From: a virus | Taxonomy: Duplodnaviria > Caudoviricetes | Strand: one strand, 5' to 3' | IMG/VR virus record: IMGVR_UViG_3300030330_004154 | Coordinates: 33,556-97,555 of that record | DNA: 64,000 nt | The notes under the pieces: generated by a model | What the model saw: only the letters and a program-made list of their open reading frames with translations | The model's database searches: none | Told to the model about the DNA's origin: nothing | Shown here: one piece after another, positions 41,241-49,891 of the stretch | Position numbering within the stretch: the stretch's first letter is position 1 | Layout of the letters: each line of letters opens with the position of its first letter | Position numbers and translations under genes: made by a program

Positions 41241-43993
41241 TATTTAATATCCTGACCAATAATAAACGCCATAACATTTGTTACAGTGCTTTCAAATATA
41301 AATCCATAAACATCAACGGCATTGTTTGATTCTGTCAAGGTAGGCACAATACCTCCAGCCCACTTAATAGTGGCATTACCACCGTTAACATCTACATCAT
41401 TAAATCCTTCACTAGAGTTCAAGTCAATATGCGAACTATGTTGTTTGAATCTAACTATAACTCTCTGACCGGCGGTTACATTTGTGAAGTTAATTCTTGT
41501 GGCATCTGCGTTCATAAGTATTTCATGATAGTTTGCAGCACTGCAATCAATATCTACAATACCACCATCGGTAGCAGTGTTTGGAGCTTGGTTGATAGAA
41601 CCTCCAGCGGTTATCTTGCCGGTAGTTGTTATACTATCAATGTAGGCATCTTTCCAACGAACACTGGTAGTACCTAAGTCAACATCACTATCTGCTTCTG
41701 GACCAAACACGTTATCAACCAAACTAACTTGGTTAACATTATTTGCTCTAAGTATAATCTTATTATCTGTTGTAGCAAAGTCAACTAGGTTTTGAGAGTC
41801 TCTACCTATTTTTAAGTCTGTTGCAAAGGTATCGCCCGAAACATCGCCCCCACCTCCGGTCAAACCAGAAACAACAACAATATCATCGGCATTAGTATCT
41901 ACTCTTGATTCAAAATATCCTGAGTTCGCAGTGATACTGCTATCTGCTGAGTCAACTCTAGACTCAAAGTATCCTGAGTTCGCAGTGATACTGCTATCTG
42001 CGGAATCTACTCTTGATTCAAAGTATCCTGAGTTCGCAGTGATACTGGAAGAGTTAGTTGATATATTCGTATCAGCAGCATCTACTCTAGATTCAAAATA
42101 ACCAGAGTTGGCCGTAATACTAGAATCTGCTGAGTCAACCCTAGATTCAAAGTATCCAGAATTTGCAGTGATACTGGAAGAGTTAGTTGATATATTCGTA
42201 TCAGCAGCATCTACTCTTGATTCAAAGTATCCTGAAATTGGAGCGTCGTCATAGCTGCTACCGCCACCCCCTCCGGTTGTGATAGTTACTTGCCCATTGC
42301 TATTATCTGTAAGAGTGCCGTTGCTAACAACAATTGTTCTAACGTTGCTTACATTTGGACTTCCATCTGCCTCTTTAACAGTTATACCAGAAATAGTCAC
42401 GATGTCGGCGGCGTTTACGTCTACTCTTGACTCAAAGTATCCTGAGTTGGCAGTGATACTGCTATCTGCCGAATCTACTCTTGACTCAAAGTATCCTGAA
42501 TTGGCAGCAATGCTAGAATCGGCAGAGTCTACTCTTGACTCAAAGTATCCTGAATTGGCAGCAATGCTAGAGTCGGCAGAGTCTACTCTTGACTCAAAGT
42601 ATCCTGAGTTCGCAGTGATACTGGAAGAATTTGTTGATATGCTAGAGTCCGCAGCGTCTATTCTAGATTCAAAATACCCTGAACTTGCAGTTACGCTAGA
42701 ATCTGCCGAATCCACTCTAGACTCAAAGTATCCTGAGTTGGCAGTAATACTGGAAGAATTACTTGAAATATTAGAATCTGACGAATCTACGCGAGACTCA
42801 AAATAACCAGAAAGTGAGGCGTCATTGTATAAAAGGCCAGAAACAACAACAATATCCGCAGTATTAGTATCTGCTCGCGATTCAAAATATCCAGAATTTG
42901 CAGTGACGCTGCTATCTGCTGAATCTACGCGAGATTCAAAATACCCAGACAAAGAAGAATCGTTATATAATAATCCAGATACAATTGCTATATCTGTTTT
43001 GTTTTGCGCAGCTATTCCTGAAGTAACAACACCACTAGCAGAGTTTGCTCTTATCTCTTGCAAATAATAATCACCAGAAGAAAAAGGTAATCCACCACCA
43101 CCGCCAGCGCTGGTTTGGACACTACCATCTGAAAATCTAATGGCATTAAACCTACCGCTTGGAGAAATAACATTTCCAGAAGTTTCAAAATCTCCATGTT
43201 GATTTATACTTGCTTTTTCATCAGTTGCCACACTCCAAGTTTGCAGATCGGCAGCGTGACTTACGCTAGACTCAATAGCAAAAACAGTATGTGCTACAGA
43301 AGTATTTTTGGCGGTAGTTGTTTCATCTGAAGATAAATCTAGGTTTTGAATAGCAATTTCACCGCCATTTTTGCGGATATCAATAATATTTTTAAGTTGG
43401 TGGCTTATTTGCAGTCCTTCAGAGTTTCCATCTCCAATACTTAGAATGGAAGAAGAGCTACCTCTAAGTTCAACAAAACCCTCTTTACCAGTAACCAATG
43501 CATAATACGGAGCAACAATTTCAGATTGAGTTGTTTTGAGTCCAAGCTTCCAAACTGGATCTGTTCCTTCTTCAATAAAAAAAGAAACAACTCTATTTGT
43601 GTGATCTGTAGACAAAGCCTGCCAGTAATCACCATCATCAGATCTTTTAAACGCAAAAGGTGTGGGGAAAATTACCGCATCGCTTTCATCTTTAAATATA
43701 AGTCTATCAGCAGGTACAACGCAAAAAACAATTGCTGTGCCAGATATACTTATTTTATTATCGCTATTAGAACTTTGAAATATAGTATCTCTACTTAGCG
43801 TATTAGATGAATATGTACCAATACCAATTTCAAAATTAGCTTCATTTTGTATACAATAATAAGTGGTGTTACCTTCACCAATGGCATCGGAAAATGACTG
43901 GAAACCACCAAACGTAGCGCCACTAAGCGTAATCGCTCCAGTACCCTCAGTTATAGTGGTTTCTTTTACTCTGTCTGCTATTATTAAAGCCAT
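41240..43993 (-). CDS. long fibre protein with DRVKETT N-terminal domain and coiled-coil SGYFESR repeats (917 aa)
   Basis: 15 SGYFESR repeats; DLGTTSVRWKDAY knob motif; C-terminal IKWAGGIVPTLT...VDVYGF tip module. Confidence 0.75.
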   Translation of the reverse strand: MALIIADRVKETTITEGTGAITLSGATFGGFQSFSDAIGEGNTTYYCIQNEANFEIGIGTYSSNTLSRDTIFQSSNSDNKISISGTAIVFCVVPADRLIFKDESDAVIFPTPFAFKRSDDGDYWQALSTDHTNRVVSFFIEEGTDPVWKLGLKTTQSEIVAPYYALVTGKEGFVELRGSSSSILSIGDGNSEGLQISHQLKNIIDIRKNGGEIAIQNLDLSSDETTTAKNTSVAHTVFAIESSVSHAADLQTWSVATDEKASINQHGDFETSGNVISPSGRFNAIRFSDGSVQTSAGGGGGLPFSSGDYYLQEIRANSASGVVTSGIAAQNKTDIAIVSGLLYNDSSLSGYFESRVDSADSSVTANSGYFESRADTNTADIVVVSGLLYNDASLSGYFESRVDSSDSNISSNSSSITANSGYFESRVDSADSSVTASSGYFESRIDAADSSISTNSSSITANSGYFESRVDSADSSIAANSGYFESRVDSADSSIAANSGYFESRVDSADSSITANSGYFESRVDVNAADIVTISGITVKEADGSPNVSNVRTIVVSNGTLTDNSNGQVTITTGGGGGSSYDDAPISGYFESRVDAADTNISTNSSSITANSGYFESRVDSADSSITANSGYFESRVDAADTNISTNSSSITANSGYFESRVDSADSSITANSGYFESRVDSADSSITANSGYFESRVDTNADDIVVVSGLTGGGGDVSGDTFATDLKIGRDSQNLVDFATTDNKIILRANNVNQVSLVDNVFGPEADSDVDLGTTSVRWKDAYIDSITTTGKITAGGSINQAPNTATDGGIVDIDCSAANYHEILMNADATRINFTNVTAGQRVIVRFKQHSSHIDLNSSEGFNDVDVNGGNATIKWAGGIVPTLTESNNAVDVYGFIFESTVTNVMAFIIGQDIK
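41880..42960 (-). repeat. coding tandem repeats, mostly 54-nt and 75-nt units, in two blocks (6 and 9 copies)
   Basis: SITANSGYFESRVDSADS (18 aa) and a 25-aa variant; synonymous codon variation between copies; boundaries approximate. Confidence 0.9.
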
Positions 43994-44037
43994 ATTATTT
44001 TCCGTTTATTATAAATAACTTTGTGTAACCTTATATT

Positions 44038-44046
44038 ATAATACAC
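44038..44046 (-). promoter_or_regulatory. putative late promoter motif GTGTATTAT
   Basis: Intergenic, ~45 nt upstream of the fibre gene. Confidence 0.6.
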
Positions 44047-44058
44047 TATTTTATCTTG

Positions 44059-46659
44059 TTATAGGCCGCCAGTTGGGTCATCGTCAGGAACGTCAGGATT
44101 ATCAGGGTCTTCAGGGTCTGGCTCTGGTGGATCACCATCACCATCATCTTCGCAACAGAAGCAGGATGACTGTCCTGCACCAGTAACTGTCCAAGTGGGA
44201 GGTGCGCTACAGCTACCAAGAACGGTTGGGTCATCAGCCCCTGCGGGGGCGTTTATGTTGATGTTGCAACTACTAAAGGTTCCTGACCATCTGTCTGTAT
44301 CAGTTGCAGCTTTGCTAGAATCGCAAGTTATTGATGTAGTCCAACTGTCGCCACAAGGAAAAGTTCCAGCGTCAGTGTAACTATATATGCCATTGCAGCC
44401 GCCATCATAATTTGATATTGTATCCGAAGCAGTGTCAGTAGCGCTAAATGAACAATCGCCACCGATTGAACTCATGAAAACGGGCCACGATAATGATTGT
44501 GGACAAGGACAAGGGCAAGATGTTGTTGTGGTTGTTGGGGCAGAAGTTGTGGTTGGACCCTGAGTCGTTGTTGTAGTTGGACCCTGTGTGCTTGTTGTAG
44601 TTGGACCCTGTGTGCTAGTTGTGGTCGGACCTTGAGTTGTTGTTGTAGTTGGACCCTGAGTCGTTGTGGTGGTTGGGCAAGGATTTGATGAACAACTTAC
44701 TCCCGGATGATGAATAAATTCCATATCAAAAATACCGGGAGGAGGACATTGACTAGCAGCTACATTGTCTTGACAATTAAATGTCGGCTCGGTCAAAAGC
44801 CTTGAACAGCAAGCGCCTAATGGACCCGACGTTGTTGTAGTTGTTGCACATGCACATTCTTCGCAAGTCATAGATTCTAATGTTGGTTCTAATTCTGCAC
44901 ATGTCTTGTTACTAAATAAATAGGCTAGGTATCCACCCAGTCCTAAGTCTTTATGATATTCAAACGCTTGTTCAAAGCTAGAAAAGTCAGTACAATCTCT
45001 AGGTGGGCGACGATATATTCTACCTTGAGGGTCGTCTTGGCAGCAGTTATCGCCCACGACTGTAAAAGCAGGGTCGTCACAACAGTCTGGTTTTTTACCT
45101 AAACATGCAACTACAGCTGTAGGTTCTGGCGCTAATGTTGTTGTAGTCGTTGTTGTTGGACCTTCTGTGGTAGTAGTGGTTGGTATGCACTCAGTATTAA
45201 AGGTTATGCTGACATCTGAACAATTCGGCTGTAAAACACTTCTGTCTGGGCAACAAGGACCGAATGTATCTGCGCACTGACCAATTTGTGGATCTCCACC
45301 GTTAGTCGAATTCCATTCTTGTTGTACTATTTGAGACGAAGGACAATCACACGTACATCCAACTACATTCTCTTCAGGAAAAGTCCTACCCCATTTGGTC
45401 TTCCAGAATTTTTGACCGTTTTCTTCAACGTATTCAAACCTACAGCCAATACTGACTGGCGGACATGGGTCTTGCGTTGTAGTTGTAGTTACTGGAGGTG
45501 GTGGTGGAGGTGGTGGATCACAATTAAATCCCGGCATGTCAAAACGACATCCCGGAAAATTATCAGAAAAGAAACCAGCAGTACAATCGAGGAAATTTTG
45601 ATCAAAGGTTGGAGTGCTTTTTTCAAAAAAGAACCGACTTTCACCTGCAAGTTCAAAGTATCCATAACTTGAACTAGATGTTCCTACACTCGCAAAATTA
45701 TGTAAAGAAAAACAAGTGTCGATTGGAAAAGAACTAACGTCAAATTCGTATTCCGCACTCATTGATTTAGTAAGGCTGTCACAACACGCCATTGGCAAAT
45801 CGCCATAACAGTGCGCTGAACTATCATTAAAATATGACATTAAGTGTGCAACATTTTCAATGACAGTACCATTGCCCCCTCTTGCAGTAGAGTCTGCTGG
45901 GTCTTTACACACAGAGAGGAATTTACTGTTGTGTTCAGACGCGCTTGTAAATGGTCCTACATATTTTGCTGGAACCATTTGATTATTTGCCGTAAGAACA
46001 GAAGTTAAATAAGCAGTATCGCCATATCTTTGAAATGTGCCTATTTTTAAATGAAATTTGTCAAGTTTTGTGGTAGTTGAGCCTGCAACAGTATTCTTAA
46101 ATTTTATTGTTGCACATCCATATTTAGGATCTCGACGTTTGTCGCAAAGTCCAATGTACTCTATATCTACAATACTATCATTTTGTATATATGGAAATTC
46201 ATTGTTAACAAATTCAAGTCTTGCATTAACACCCAACCCGCCCACGCTAACTGGAGCAATTCCAGACAGCCAACCATGAGTTCCAGTACCTTTGTAATCG
46301 CGAGGAACATGACCTTGCTTAAATTGCGAAAGAGACGTAGGGATACGCTCTAGATCAAGAGGTTTTTCTGGGTGATAAGACCCACTAGCAAAAACATTGG
46401 AGTCGCCTTGAACGGGACCGCTTTTCGTTAAGAAAAACGATTCACACGGAGAGGATTCAAAATCATCGTCACACTTGCCACAGAAACTACCGGGAAAATC
46501 ACTGCACGACCCCGGCATGTGAATGCCACTTACACCAGAACACTGAACTGATGTGAGCGATTCTGTACAAACAGTACCTCCAGACTCGTCGCAATAAATG
46601 CAAACAAACCCAGAAGGTAGATTAAAATCACAACAGTTACAGTTTCTAGGTTTGCCCAT
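44059..46659 (-). CDS. Cys-rich protein with Thr/Pro mucin-like tracts (866 aa)
   Basis: Dozens of Cys in small modules; poly-Pro; several poly-Thr tracts; PTTT(T/S)TQG repeats; acidic PD/PE tail; no signal peptide. Confidence 0.8.
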   Translation of the reverse strand: MGKPRNCNCCDFNLPSGFVCIYCDESGGTVCTESLTSVQCSGVSGIHMPGSCSDFPGSFCGKCDDDFESSPCESFFLTKSGPVQGDSNVFASGSYHPEKPLDLERIPTSLSQFKQGHVPRDYKGTGTHGWLSGIAPVSVGGLGVNARLEFVNNEFPYIQNDSIVDIEYIGLCDKRRDPKYGCATIKFKNTVAGSTTTKLDKFHLKIGTFQRYGDTAYLTSVLTANNQMVPAKYVGPFTSASEHNSKFLSVCKDPADSTARGGNGTVIENVAHLMSYFNDSSAHCYGDLPMACCDSLTKSMSAEYEFDVSSFPIDTCFSLHNFASVGTSSSSYGYFELAGESRFFFEKSTPTFDQNFLDCTAGFFSDNFPGCRFDMPGFNCDPPPPPPPPVTTTTTQDPCPPVSIGCRFEYVEENGQKFWKTKWGRTFPEENVVGCTCDCPSSQIVQQEWNSTNGGDPQIGQCADTFGPCCPDRSVLQPNCSDVSITFNTECIPTTTTTEGPTTTTTTTLAPEPTAVVACLGKKPDCCDDPAFTVVGDNCCQDDPQGRIYRRPPRDCTDFSSFEQAFEYHKDLGLGGYLAYLFSNKTCAELEPTLESMTCEECACATTTTTSGPLGACCSRLLTEPTFNCQDNVAASQCPPPGIFDMEFIHHPGVSCSSNPCPTTTTTQGPTTTTTQGPTTTSTQGPTTTSTQGPTTTTTQGPTTTSAPTTTTTSCPCPCPQSLSWPVFMSSIGGDCSFSATDTASDTISNYDGGCNGIYSYTDAGTFPCGDSWTTSITCDSSKAATDTDRWSGTFSSCNININAPAGADDPTVLGSCSAPPTWTVTGAGQSSCFCCEDDGDGDPPEPDPEDPDNPDVPDDDPTGGL
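44520..44680 (-). repeat. 24-nt coding tandem repeat (PTTT[T/S]TQG) x5
   Basis: Visible in both DNA and translation; boundaries approximate. Confidence 0.9.
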
Positions 46660-46660
46660 T

Positions 46661-47710
46661 TTAGCTTCCGTATATTGACCTTGCTTCTGCTAGAAATTCA
46701 TTAAATTTATTTTCATCGAATTTAGCATTTTCTACAAACTCTTTATGAACAGGATGTAAATCCATATTAAGTTCAGTAAACTCTAGTATGTAGTTTCTAA
46801 CTTTATTTTCGATAGTTAATTCATATTTAACGCCGTCTGGTCTAGCAAATCTGTGCAACCACTTTAAAAATGGTAGGCATAGCGCTTTCCTTCCAGCTTT
46901 TCTGTACTTTTCATGTATATAACACTCTTCGCCGCCAAATCCTCTACAGTGTTCATTAAACCCAAGCCAAGATCTTTTGGAAGTAAAAAACAAGCCAAGT
47001 CCTTGTGCAAAAATTTCAAACTCATTTTCATCTGGATCAAACCCAAGCCTTGTAAAACCAAGCTTTTCAAGTATACTTTCATGACCCGGAAAAGCTAATT
47101 CTTGCGGAAAAAGAGTGTAGCAATGGTCACAATACTGCATGTGATTCTGATTTTCTAAATCTACTATTTTACAAATGTTGTCTTCATTAATAACGCTAAA
47201 GTTTTTCTGTTTGCATTTGCAAGTCCAAGCGCTACCCCACCTTCCCCACATTTGACCTCCCCACTCATCATTAAAATGTGTAGAGATCATTGTTAAGTTA
47301 TCATAGACAAGTGGACCTTGATACAAATGCATTGTATTTGGGTATTTATCTATAAACTGAAATAATTTCTCTAGGGTTTGTACAACTGGGCATAGCAATA
47401 CATGACAATCCATAACAAGTACAAAATCAGTTCTTGCTTCTTCAATGATCTTGTTTCTTGTGGAAGATGTACCTTGAGAGTCTGGGAAGTCTATGACTCT
47501 AAATCTATCGCCAAGGCCAGTACCGCCCTGAAGGTTTTTGACAGCTTGAGCATGTGCGTTTTCTTTTGCGTTTTCAATAATTACAAATTCAAGTCTATTT
47601 AATAAGTCCTCCCTTTTATTAAATCTTAATTCTTTTATGATATCCTGAATACTAAAGTAAGCGCCATGAAAGTCCGAGTGATGCGCCATTCCTATGGTTA
47701 TTTTCCTCAT
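46661..47710 (-). CDS. GT2-like glycosyltransferase with Cys-rich insertion
   Basis: ITIGM...EFVIIEN...GTSSTRN...VLVMDCHV...GFNEHCRGFGGEE; internal CKC...CDHC. Confidence 0.8.
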   Translation of the reverse strand: MRKITIGMAHHSDFHGAYFSIQDIIKELRFNKREDLLNRLEFVIIENAKENAHAQAVKNLQGGTGLGDRFRVIDFPDSQGTSSTRNKIIEEARTDFVLVMDCHVLLCPVVQTLEKLFQFIDKYPNTMHLYQGPLVYDNLTMISTHFNDEWGGQMWGRWGSAWTCKCKQKNFSVINEDNICKIVDLENQNHMQYCDHCYTLFPQELAFPGHESILEKLGFTRLGFDPDENEFEIFAQGLGLFFTSKRSWLGFNEHCRGFGGEECYIHEKYRKAGRKALCLPFLKWLHRFARPDGVKYELTIENKVRNYILEFTELNMDLHPVHKEFVENAKFDENKFNEFLAEARSIYGS

Positions 47711-47749
47711 TTATTTTCCTTATATAATTATTGTATAAATTCCTTGCTG

Positions 47750-49303
47750 TTATGTTTGGCTAAGTTTTGTGTAAGATCCAGTATTGCAGTTATATCTTAT
47801 ATTTATCGTTGAACCATTAACCGGAGATCCACTGTAGAGAGCGCCAGCAGTAACGGCGTCCAAGTCTACGCACTGAGTTGAGCTATGTGGAGAACATGAT
47901 GCCGAACTTGGATTCATACTCCAGCTTCCAAAGTTGTAAGTCGCAGAACAATCTAAAGTAGTATCTGGAACGACGGTTGTGGTTGTAGTTGGACCTTGAG
48001 TAGTAGTTGTAGTTGGTCCTTGGGTAGTTGTTGTAGTTGGAGTCTGCGTAGTGGTAGTCGTTGGGCCTTGAGTTGTAGTAGTCGTTGGACCTTGCGTAGT
48101 GCTAGTTGTTGTTGTAGTCGGACCTTGGGTTGTTGTTGTAGTCGGACCTTGGGTTGTTGTTGGAAGAGGTATAGCAGCGCAACTAGACCAAATAGGTCGC
48201 CATTCACCATTTTGCATTGCAAACTGAGAGTAAGTACCACTTGCTATTTCTAAATTAGTATCTCTATTAATTGCATAATACAAATCTCCATCTTCGCAAA
48301 CGCCTCCGCAGGTTCTTTTTTCTCTCCATAATCCAGATGTTGGACTACAGAAGTCAGTTGGGGCAGCAAGATCTTCCTCAAAGAAGCCTTCATTAAACCT
48401 TACCCCAGAACCAGAACCGCAAACAGTATCGCCATGTACTGTTAAATCCCCATAAACTTGAACATCTCTAAAGAAACCGTCCCACCTAAGATCAGTTGAC
48501 CCAAGAGCAAGCCCATCATAACATGGTATAATACGTGATGTTGACTTAACAGTATCAGACGTTGGAAATTGAAGTTGACCATTTACAGATCTCCAAGCCC
48601 TATTATCGTTACCAAGGTCAAAAGTTCTAGTTACAGTTGGAGAAGCATCTCCAGAAACCTGAAGTGTTCCATAGTTATGTAATTCATTAGTACCAACAGC
48701 AAGTTTTAATTCTTGCAAATCTCCGCGAAGCAGAGGAGTTCCAGAGCCATCAAGACAACAAGACCCAGAGGCTTCTGAGTGAGCGCCAAGATAAAATTGA
48801 TAACTGTCTGATTTACCTATATAATAGCCAGCGCCATGACCAATAGCTATATTGAAATCGCCATTTCTAAGACCATAAAGAGTTTTTAAACCAACCCCTA
48901 CATTTCCGTCTCCTTCTACAGAGCCAACTAAAGAATTGCAACCAATGGCTGTGTTATAATTTCCATCTAAATTACAACTAAGAGAATAAGAGCCAGCGGC
49001 AGTATTTTCTTTTCCGAATACATTACCGCCTAATGAGGAATAACCGACCGCAGTATTGTCAACTCCGCTTTCGTAAGTAAGATCTAAATTATCTAAGGCT
49101 AGTTCCCCAACCTTTGTTTGTCTTAGGTGGGCAGATTCTATATTTAATGCTTTTATACTATGTAGCTCAAGAAACCTATGGGTAGAGTCCACAGCATTTG
49201 TGAAAACATCTCTAACATCTTTAGGAGATATTTGTTCTGTGCTATTGTCTGGTAAAAAATTGTTTAGAGATAGTATAAAATCATTTTCTGAGAACTCTGC
49301 CAT
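47750..49303 (-). CDS. fibre/spike-like protein with beta-solenoid repeats and mucin-like Thr-rich stalk (517 aa)
   Basis: 14-aa NTAVGYSSL-type repeats; DLGNDNRAW and LGSTDLRW knob motifs; PTTTTTQG repeats; Cys-containing C-terminal domain. Confidence 0.75.
   Translation of the reverse strand: MAEFSENDFILSLNNFLPDNSTEQISPKDVRDVFTNAVDSTHRFLELHSIKALNIESAHLRQTKVGELALDNLDLTYESGVDNTAVGYSSLGGNVFGKENTAAGSYSLSCNLDGNYNTAIGCNSLVGSVEGDGNVGVGLKTLYGLRNGDFNIAIGHGAGYYIGKSDSYQFYLGAHSEASGSCCLDGSGTPLLRGDLQELKLAVGTNELHNYGTLQVSGDASPTVTRTFDLGNDNRAWRSVNGQLQFPTSDTVKSTSRIIPCYDGLALGSTDLRWDGFFRDVQVYGDLTVHGDTVCGSGSGVRFNEGFFEEDLAAPTDFCSPTSGLWREKRTCGGVCEDGDLYYAINRDTNLEIASGTYSQFAMQNGEWRPIWSSCAAIPLPTTTQGPTTTTTQGPTTTTTSTTQGPTTTTTQGPTTTTTQTPTTTTTQGPTTTTTQGPTTTTTVVPDTTLDCSATYNFGSWSMNPSSASCSPHSSTQCVDLDAVTAGALYSGSPVNGSTINIRYNCNTGSYTKLSQT
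47960..48165 (-). repeat. 24-nt coding tandem repeat (PTTTTTQG), ~7 copies
   Basis: Same unit as in the 866-aa protein; boundaries approximate. Confidence 0.9.
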
Positions 49304-49312
49304 GACCCTACC

Positions 49313-49780
49313 TTAGCTGAATTTAATTTTAAGATTTGTTACATCAAACTTTACAGCATCGCCTTTAAAGACAATTCTTGGGTTGGTTAGTTGAGAGTGC
49401 ATCAAAAGATTTCCAGATCCATATCCAGAGTGATCAGTTATTGCTATTCCAGATACAAAACCCCAGTCTAATAAAGCCTTTTCAAAAACTATTGAACCAG
49501 AGTTCTTGATTACTCCACTTCCGTAGTCTCCAGATTCTTGCTCAAAAATCCAAGCGGTTCTGCCTGCTGTAGAAGGGTCTCCAAGCGAAATCCTAGAATA
49601 ACCAGTTCCACTACCGTTAATTCCACTTGGTAGTTCAGGAATTGTTCCGCCAGTATCAGAATCTATGGGAACGCCACTACAGAGCGCAATAGCTATTTCG
49701 TCTGGTTTTATAAAAACCTGACCTTTAAATACGTGATGTAATAAACCAGACTCAAGATAGTCCGACAAAGCAGTACTCAT
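49313..49780 (-). CDS. conserved phage structural protein (155 aa)
   Basis: LSDYLE..LLHHV...GYSR...N...IVF..A..DWG.V....I.D....GNLL pattern common in phage head/neck regions. Confidence 0.6.
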   Translation of the reverse strand: MSTALSDYLESGLLHHVFKGQVFIKPDEIAIALCSGVPIDSDTGGTIPELPSGINGSGTGYSRISLGDPSTAGRTAWIFEQESGDYGSGVIKNSGSIVFEKALLDWGFVSGIAITDHSGYGSGNLLMHSQLTNPRIVFKGDAVKFDVTNLKIKFS

Positions 49781-49818
49781 TATAGACTCCTATTCCTAAA
49801 AATATAGACATTTATTGT

Positions 49819-49827
49819 ATTATACAC
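49819..49827 (-). promoter_or_regulatory. putative late promoter motif GTGTATAAT
   Basis: Directly after the capsid terminator, ~39 nt upstream of the next ATG. Confidence 0.65.
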
Positions 49828-49828
49828 T

Positions 49829-49864
49829 AAAAAAGGGGTTCCCCCTAAAAAAAGAAGGAACCCC
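49829..49864 (-). terminator. rho-independent terminator after the major capsid gene
   Basis: Minus strand GGGGTTCC...GGAACCCC stem followed by TTTTTT. Confidence 0.85.
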
Positions 49865-49891
49865 CATTATTTCTACAATTTGGACTTTAAC

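Noticed and set aside
41880-42960. Regularly spaced DNA repeats resembling a CRISPR array
   Set aside because: Units are in frame, vary at synonymous positions and have no unique spacers; no cas genes in the window.
34154-49303. Diversity-generating retroelement acting on fibre genes
   Set aside because: No reverse transcriptase and no adenine-specific TR/VR pair noticed in this window.
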